Origin: Azolla caroliniana
Lineage: Eukaryota; Plantae; Polypodiophyta
Length of the DNA stretch: 64,000 bases
Reading direction: 5' to 3'
Assembly: GCA_043228905.1 (NCBI GenBank)
Contig: JBHGNT010000011.1
Span: forward strand, 10,044,001-10,108,000
Shown here in pieces: positions 53,128 through 64,000 of the stretch (positions are counted from its first letter, which is position 1; each line of letters starts with the position of its first letter). The notes beneath the pieces are model-generated. The model did not search any database. It was given only the letters and a program-made list of their open reading frames with translations, and was not told where the DNA came from. Position numbers and translations under genes: made by a program.

Positions 53128-55250
53128 TGTCGTAGTGTATTTCGTACACTACGTGAAAAACGTATAAAGTACCCGATTTAATAAATATGGACACTATATT
53201 CGTGGGATTCACAAATTTCTATCTCTCTTTCTCATAATCTATTTATATTCATATTAGCCTTAAAACTCTCCTCCTCCTAGTCCAAAACCTCAACGGTTCC
53301 CACCCGACTCACGCAATGATCCGGCGTCAAAAGGCACGACACAGTTTGGTGAACCCGACGTGAAGAGGGGTGGTAAGGAGATGGAGAATTAACAAGATGT
53401 GATGACCATGATGCTCAACCGCATACTACAAGAACAACGCGCGATGTCGGAGATCAAATTGGCAGTAGAGAGTCTTGTGCAAAGAAACAAACAATTCAAT
53501 GGAAATGATGTGTCACGCTATCTATGTGACTACAAGGAGGAGATGATGCAATGTGGGATACCGGAAGGATTACAAGTGATATCCTTCAATCGGGTGGTCA
53601 TAGATGAACTGCAAGAGAGCATCCACAAGATACGGCAACAAAACCCGGCGTGGGTGTCCTTCAAGGAAGCTATATTGGAAGCATATGATTACGAGAGACA
53701 AAAGGGACGAGATCGGCGTGATTTCGACGAGTGGGTGGCATCGGCAAAGACCCACCAAAGCGCGATGCAAGCATTCCTAGAGTTCGAGTGTCATTTTGCT
53801 CAACTCTCAGAGCAAGAACAAAGATTGGTGGGGGAGGATAAATTCCTAATGTTCGTAAGATCGATCGATCGGAAAGTAAGGATGGACATCGGGATCAAAC
53901 TCGAAGATGATGACGGTGCAAATGGTCTTACCGAGGATTGGGCTGAAGTCGAGAGAGTATGTTGAAGATATGATAAGAGGAAGATGAGAATATCGTCGGC
54001 AATAACATGGCTTATAAGGTATGATCGATTAAGGATGCGTGATGTGGCTGATATGAAGGCCGAAGTACGATTCATCGGTACCACGGGAGAGGGTATAGAA
54101 CAAGACACCCTCTCTTCTTGCAAAAGAACAACATCCAAGGATAAGGTCGATGACTTGAGAGTGGTGAATGCTACTTCAAGGGTGGAAGAAGGTTTCAAGA
54201 TACGAGTGTCCGAAACATCGGGTGAGAAAGGGGTAAGCATAATCGAAGCTTGCACGATCGAGGAGGGCAAAGTATGTGAAGCCTATGGAGTTGAAGAGAT
54301 AGCCACGGATAACGACATCGAGGTGAAGGTGGCTAAGGATGATTTGATGGAGGACGGTAATACCAAGGATTCCTTCCCATTAATTCTAGAGACTTTGGCA
54401 GTTGCATCTGAGAGCCAACATGAGACCGAAGAGGTGAAAGGTGGCAGAGAGGAAACGAAGGTTGAAGCTGATGCATATGACGGAGAGATAGTCGAGAAGG
54501 TGGCTATGGAAGCGTCAATGGCGGATGGCCGAGGCGAGACTTTCCCAACACTAATTCTAGAGACGTCAGCGGTTGCATTCGAGAGGCAACGTGAGACTAG
54601 AGAGACGGAAGATGGTAGTGGGAAAGTGGAAGACCAAGCTAATACGAGCGATAAGTACGAGGTGATTGTGATTGGTCAAAGACATAGGGATTCCTCCAAT
54701 CCCATTCCAAAGACTTTGGCAGTTGTGCACGAGAGCCAACATGAGACCGGAGAGATGGAAGGTTGCGGTGAGGTAGAGTTCAATGAAGAGATAGAGAGCG
54801 GTAAGAAAGGAAGAATTGGAAGTCAATTGGGGTGGAAGATGATCCGGCCGGAATTCCAATCCGAAAGAAAGCCGACCCGAAAGGGGGTCGACTCGGTCAA
54901 AACCGATCGATCGAGTCTGATTCGGTCGAACGTGAATACGGATGGAAGTCGCCCTAGCCGAAAGCCGATCGGACGAGATCGATCCAGAAAGAAGCTAATC
55001 CGACTCAGCCGGAGGTTGAACCGGTCGAGGCCGGTGAACACAAGGAAAAGAAAGCCAACCAAAACCAAAACCGATAGATCGGACCCGACCCGGAAAGGGG
55101 CCGACTCGGTCGAAACCGATCAACCGAGTTCGATTCGGCCAAATACGAATCTGATCAGAAGCCGATCCAACCGAAATCCGATCGGACAAGACCGATCCGG
55201 AAAGAAGTCGAGGTTGATGAAGACAAGGAAGAGACCAAGAAAAGACACTA
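53128..55250 (+). mobile_element. Gypsy 3: short LTR, Trp PBS and Gag fused to repetitive sequence; 3'-truncated
   Basis: 214-bp internally deleted LTR 53128-53341; PBS 53347-53363; ORFs 53399-53965 and 53984-55333 in the same frame. Confidence 0.88.
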
Positions 55251-56942
55251 CCCACCATTATTCTCTGTCAAGGCTCCCACAACTACTCTACAAATATTTT
55301 ACAGGTACACATAAGTACAAACATCATACATAAACCAACACATAAATTCTTAGACTTACACACACTCACGTACATACATACATACATAAACACACACACA
55401 TAACGTATACAATCATACACACATAACGTATACAATCATACACACATGCCATACATACAATATATACAATAAATGAAATTAATACAATACAATACAATAT
55501 GTACATACATACACACATACCTATATACACTGACATACATACACATTTACACATAACACATACATACAATACAATATGTACACACACACACACGTGTGTG
55601 TGTAGAATATACATACACATATGGACACATATATATGTTGTATGGAACATACACACACACACACAAACATAACACACATCACACATGCTATACATATAAT
55701 AAATGCAATACAATGCAATATGTACATACATATTACACACATACCTATATACACATGCAATACAATCCATACAATACCTATATATACACACACACATGCA
55801 TACATACACACACAACACACATGCATACCACATACAAACATATACAAACATATACGATGTATGGAACATACATACACACACACAAACATAAAACACAACA
55901 GACATGCATACCACATACAAACATATATGATGTATGGAACATACATACATACGCACACACAAATATAACAAACAACACACATGCATACCACATACAAACA
56001 AACATATATGATGTATGGAACATACATACACACAAATCACACATGAATAGCACATTCACAATGCACACATACACACATATATATGATGTATGGTTATATG
56101 AAAAGTGATAGTTGGGTCATTCTATTTGTAGATAATGGATGAAGAATCTATTATTGAAGTGTTTGAACATGAGAGGGATGATGAAGATAAACCTTTGGGC
56201 ATTGTAAGTGTGAGAGGAACTCTTACATATGCAAAGATCCGAATCGAAATAATTGAGGACGGTATATTTTATGAACCATTTTCCTTTGTGTACACAAAAA
56301 ATAATATTTTGAATGGGAAACAAGAAGAGAAAAAATAATATTACGGCTTCATACGAGTCTATCCATGAAACTAAACATAAGGTTAATTTGTTAGTAATTT
56401 CATTATTGATATGCATTTTGGATTGTTCCACGTCTACTCTTTGAGATATATATATCAAGTTCAAGATTGTTTTATTGTAAATTACATTTTTTTTTATCAC
56501 GCTATATTCTTCACATGTCTCAATAAACTAAAAAAAAGACTTATATGTGGCTTATATATGTGGGTAATGTTTCCTAATTGTGTGTGCATTACTTTGTACT
56601 TTACACATTGTGTTTTCAATCTATGTGGCACTTGATGAAGCATTTCTAGGAATTGCATATGATGTTTAATGTTCATTCATAATTTTGCGAGTCATCAATT
56701 GTAAAGGCGGTCATTGATCCCTTCTAGGATTGGAAACTATGTGTGCATGTATATTTTATATGTAAGGGTATTTAAAATGGGTGGTTATCAAAAAAAATGT
56801 TGGTAGTAAGGGGTATTTTTATTAATCTTTTTTCTACAAAAGGGTCACTAAAATAGTAAAAACCATACGTATAAGGGGTTTATAAATGATGTCATGAATG
56901 CACGTGATACAATTGTCTTATATATAGTGTGGAGTCCCCGAG
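55250..56942 (-). mobile_element. Second, truncated copy of the TIR element
   Basis: 56340-56942 is the reverse complement of 2736-3365, ending in a degenerate TIR (CTCGGGGACTCCAC); 55250-56050 matches 3780-5540 without the solo LTR. Confidence 0.9.
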
Positions 56943-59036
<2,094 letters not shown>

Positions 59037-59324
59037 ATCTTCTTAGTGAGAACCACCATGAGGTAATTGTGTGGAATCGTTCCACCATCTACACTCTTGT
59101 GGGAGAAACGAGCAAGAGTAGTCAACAACTAATCTCAAGCTAGTACGATACACATTAAATATCAAAGAAATTTGTGATAAGAAGTTATAAATATACAAGC
59201 TTATTTGTTTATTGAATAAAATTTCTCATGGTTACCCCTTTTTTTCTTGCATAAAGGTCTTAAGCTTAAATCTTCCTAACTATGCTACGTTCCTCACCCT
59301 AATCTTTCCATATCGTTCACTTTC

Positions 59325-59434
59325 GATGAATGAGTAAATATCCCATTTTTTGTTGTAAACCATTTGTCTCATGGGCCAATTTTGGCCTTAGAAGTCGTTA
59401 ATATTTCTTTCTTTCTTTCTTTCTTTCTTTCTTT
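59325..59434 (+). mobile_element. Short 3'-end copy of LINE 1 with (CTTT)n tail
   Basis: Matches 29392-29490 (CCATTTTTGTTGTAAACCA.TTGTCTCATGGGCCAA.TTTGGCCTTAGAAG). Confidence 0.8.
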
Positions 59435-60282
59435 TATGTTTAACTAAATTCTTCTTCTCAAATTGTGTCTATCTCATCCATCTCTTAGTCTAGAACACTA
59501 CAATTTCCACAGATGCACAAATCTGATGTGCATTGGTATGACATTTGATGAACCCAAAGTGAAAATGTGGTAGGGAGGTGGAAAATCGAGGAGAAATACT
59601 CGCAATAGAAGCATCAAGTTCAACAACGGAGTTCCTCATGTCAATGTATGACATGCAGGCGATAAAGAGACATAATGGGATCAAGTTCATGTTGTGTCAA
59701 TTCATGTACGAAGTGATATCAAAGATGCTTCTAAAGTATCTTTATGGAGCAAGAGGGCATAAAAAGGTGATGAGCTTGTTAAAAGAATTTAAAAAGGTCT
59801 AGAGATGTAGGAAGTTCTCGTTGAAAGTATGGAATTTGAAGTAAATGGTGGTAACAATAGCAACTTTAACACTCATGATGTTGATGATAATGATAATTAT
59901 AAAAAATACTATGATGTTGATGTTGATCACAGTTCATGGGGTTTAGATTATGACGCTAAAGGATTATATGATGATGATAATTGCAAAAGAGGGTGAGTAT
60001 AGGTGTGATGATAAAAATGGTTGTCTAACAATTGCAGATTTGGTTATGATAAGGTAAAGGATTGTATAATGAAAATAATAAGGATGAGCGTGTGCAACAA
60101 GAGGATAATTATAAGGGTTTGTGTGCTTTAACTTGAGATGGTAGTAAGGGTTTTTGTGACTATGAAATAATATGATGATGTGGATAATAATATGTGTATG
60201 TTTTATAATGACGTAACTTGGAGGAAATGATGTAGGGTATGGTGTGAGTATAGTTGAAAATGGTCATTTCTACACTATGATT

Positions 60283-60862
60283 TAACAATTGACAACAGTT
60301 CAGTTTGGTTCGAGACTGTCAAACTCAAACCGTTTAAAACCAAAGTGGTTAAAAAACGTGAAACTTAAGCTGAACCACAAAACCGTTTAAACCAAACAGT
60401 TACAAAAAATTCAAGCTCAAACCAAACGGTTTTAGAGACTTTCAAACTGTTAAACCATTAAAACCACGGTTTCACGATTCAGTTTTGGTTTTCAAGATAG
60501 GTCAAAACTCAAATTTTCACATTTTAATTCTAAAAATTTTAAATTTTTCCATATTTCAAATTTAAATCTACAAATTTTAAAGATTTTCCAAATTAAGCTT
60601 AAAATGTTCAAAAAAATATTTAAGAAAATTATCAAGTGGCAATCTTAAACCGTCAAACCGTTTAAATCGTTTGAACCGTGTAAACCGCAGTTTCAATTTT
60701 GTTAAAATGAAAACCATTAAGTCAATAAAGACACAAACCGAACCAATTTGTTTACAAAAATCTGAACCTGAAGCAAACCAAACTTAATCGTTTAAACTAT
60801 TAAGTCATTACGCCGGGTTTCGCAGTTCCATTCGATTCAAACCAAATCATTGCCGATTGCTA
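60283..60862. mobile_element. hAT-like MITE with AAACCG subterminal repeats
   Basis: 8-bp TSD ACTATGAT at 60274-60281 and 60863-60870; degenerate TIRs (consensus about TAGCAATCGGCAACGGTTCGGTTTG); AT-rich core. Confidence 0.75.
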
Positions 60863-63800
60863 ACTATGATGTGAGAATGTTTGAAAATGATGTGGCTAGG
60901 ATTGATAAGGGCAATGAAAGTAAGGGAGAGGTTAATATTATTATTATTTGCTATTATGAAGATGATGACAATAAAATGGGATTGGTCTTATTGTGGAAAT
61001 ATGATTTTTATGGTTCATGTTGATGATGTTGGTAAGAATAAAAAACATGCTTGATATAGTTGTGTTTGATGAGAACAAGATCATGATTTATAATAATGAT
61101 ATAGAGTTTGATAACGATGTGGTTCATGAAAAATATATGGATTATGATATGTGATAGCAGAACAAAGCGTTTGATAAGATTGAAAATGAGTTTGATATGA
61201 ATGATGATTTTTGTGACAAATATAAAGGAAAATATGACAATGAAAATTAAGGTTATAGTTATGAGGTGGATGAGAGTGAAGAACAAGGTTATAATCGTGA
61301 GGGTGAGTTAAATCACCACTATAATTAACAGTAGTTGTAAAACATGGTGAGCATGTGGCTTGTAGTGTTTATAACAATGAAATGTCTGAGGCCCCAAAGG
61401 AGACGGTGACCAAGAGGAGCAAAGGTAGTAAAGGTATCTTTCAAGTGATTGCAAATGCATAGTCTAATGCTCATAACAAAGGCAAATAATCAACTCAAAC
61501 TATCAATGAGAAAACCCACGAGAAGACTATCCACTTTGCACAAAATCGACTCAATCTATCAATAAGAAAACCCAAGAGAAGACTATCAATTTTTCACAAG
61601 AAGTTGATGGGGGGCTCAAAATAATTCCCTAGCTTGAAGCAAATACTTTCTCCAATGAAGACATAGGAACGAAGAAATAGTTTGAAATAGTTTGAAAAAA
61701 GCATAAGGATTCGCTTGGAGAAAGTCGAGAAGTGTTTGACACACAAATTTGACAATGTAGAAGGGGTACCAAACCTAATACCAATAGAAGAACCCCATTG
61801 GCAACAAATGAAGCTAACATCATTTGATCATTTCCAATATTATCCACATAGTTACTGAGGGATCAGTGGGGATGCATTCATTCTACATGAAGGGACGTAG
61901 TTCATCAAGATGCCCAAAGACGTGGAATTATGTGATCTCTCTTCAAGGGTGCCATATCCTAGAAGATGTTTGGATTTGGTGGTGAACCAACTCTAAACCA
62001 AGGATAACTAACTTCTAACCACGAAGGACTGTCCGAAAGCATAGTATCTAAAATCAATCAACATTATATATACAGAATGTAATCTTTTGAGATGACAAGA
62101 TATGAGCCTTATAGCCATAATCTATGAAAGAATTCAAGTACTAATAAAGTAAGAACTATATGTTAAAACATTTCCCATAGGAAAACGTTAGATAAAAAGT
62201 TAACAAAGGAAAAGTCCAAGTTAAATCATGTGGGCCAAGTGGTAGTGCCTGTTTAGCCTTCATTGTGCAAGAAACCTTAAATGAGGGCACTTTAAAGTAA
62301 AGGAAATCTGACAAAGCTTTCTATTATCATATGTAAAAAATATATGAAACGTTTAATTTGTGTTATCATAAAAGCCTCAAGATCAAATCTCTCTATCTTA
62401 TTGTACCAAATTATTTCAACCAAATTCTTCTTCTTGACTTTTGTCCATCTCTTAAACCTCCCACGCACAGATCATATGCACAATTGCAAGATTACTTGCT
62501 TAGTACAAAGTTTCAGGATTTAAGGATTAAAGAGGTATAAGGTTTAAACTTAAAATGTGCTTATAAGGGAAGAGGAATATGAGAAACCCTTGTAAATGGC
62601 TCATACTTTCACCTTTATACTTTAGGAAAATGTACATGTTTGTATATTTACCTTTATATTCTTTTAGAACCGAGGGTTTTCCTAGAGGTACCTATATCTA
62701 CTAGGAGCCTTCATATCTTCAACCATTTACATTTGTTGTGAGATGTTAGGCCGGTATTTTAACACCATCGAAGCTATCTTAGAAGCATCACCTAGCGTTG
62801 CCTATTGCACTCTCTCATCGATAGGGAAACAAGCTAAACAATAAACCTTCAATCAAAAGTTGTTGACTATCTAAGACTTGACTTAATTCTTCCCTTGGCA
62901 CCAAATAACAAGTCTCAATCAATGTGGCATCAGTACTTATCTTGATGTTTTGTGCAAGATTGCTAGACCATAGATTGCAGCTTCCAATCCAAGTTCATCC
63001 TATGCTCCAATGTTATTAACCAAATGTATGGTAATTGACTGGGGTTGCATATGCCTTGAATTGTGACTTGTGTTGACAAGAAACAGGATCCAAACTATGC
63101 AAATTCTCGCACGACCAAGAAAATACATCCTTATATTATTTGATGAGGTACAAAAGTTTATGGTGGAAGGGTTGCTAAAAGGCCTTTATAATTTGAACAA
63201 GATGAAGGTCATCCTCCATGCTCATGTTTATCTCCTCGAAATCTATTTCCTATATTGTACACATGTATTTCGCCATCAAATGCATTGATCGACTTTCTAA
63301 TTGCATTGGCCAAACATTTAGAGCTCATTTCCTATGTCAAAATTGTGAGGAGAGGCTTGAATTATGAGATATTCAAGTATTGCGTCACTAGTTGTCAGAG
63401 GCTTAGCCTTCTCGGTTAATAGTATTGTGGGGCAACTTGCAACACGTCAATCTCAAATAGTGAGGTGATTTGGGTTTGATCTACCATGTATCTTTGTATT
63501 TTCATATCCTCTAGCTCATCCAACATGTTGATGGGTGGTCATCTTGCCGCATCACAGTCTTGGGCCTTGGCCGTGGATAGCTTGACTTTGGTTTTTTCCC
63601 TACCAAAATGACACCAGTTGGTGGTGTCAATTATGCTTGATTTTGGTTGTGTGCAATAAGATTTGCCCAATAATAGTGTGGAAATGTTATTGTCAATCAC
63701 ACAAAGAACAAATGTCAAAATGTTGAAGGGGTAATGGCTCACATACTTTGAGAGGGATTAAATTAGGTCAAGTAGCTCCATCGAGTGTCTATCTACCATT

Positions 63801-64000
63801 CATAGGCGACATGAACCTATCATTCATTTCTCAAAGACATCAACCTCATTGATCTAAAGGTTTGGTATTGAAGAATGATTATCAAGCAATATGGGGGCAT
63901 AGAGGGGTTCCTGAACACCACATTCATCAAGACATTCTTAAAGATGGTCGATGGCACCATGGGTGTAATACTTCTCGAGAAAAACAATTGTACATGAAAA

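Noticed and set aside
61499-61602. Roughly 45-bp imperfect tandem duplication
   Set aside because: Two copies only, with no associated structure.
59490-64000. Possible host exons or decayed coding sequence (59578-59802, 63300-64000)
   Set aside because: Short ORFs with frequent stops and no recognisable domain; BLASTX would be needed.

Overview
Gene-free, deeply nested transposon block from a eukaryote, most likely a non-seed land plant (inferred from Tnt1-like Copia, tRNA-Trp-primed Gypsy and CpG decay). Bases 1-59036 are almost entirely TEs, mapped by LTR ends, PBS/PPT and target-site duplications (TSDs). They include three tRNA-Trp-primed Ty3/Gypsy elements plus four related solo LTRs, five Ty1/Copia elements (one nearly intact) and several Copia remnants. 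Also present are two degraded LINEs, two copies of an 8-bp-TSD TIR element filled with (TG/TA)-rich DNA, a tRNA-Ala-primed TRIM and a hAT-like MITE. No host gene, rRNA, true tRNA or CRISPR is supported. Two signals stand out. First, two diverged Gypsy families share a GGATTTT slippery site plus a predicted pseudoknot after the protease, implying Gag-PR/Pol -1 frameshifting. Second, all 7 insertions of these Gypsy families have CpG-centred 4-bp target sites. Coordinates were counted by eye and may be off by a base or two; lineage names are inferences without database searches.
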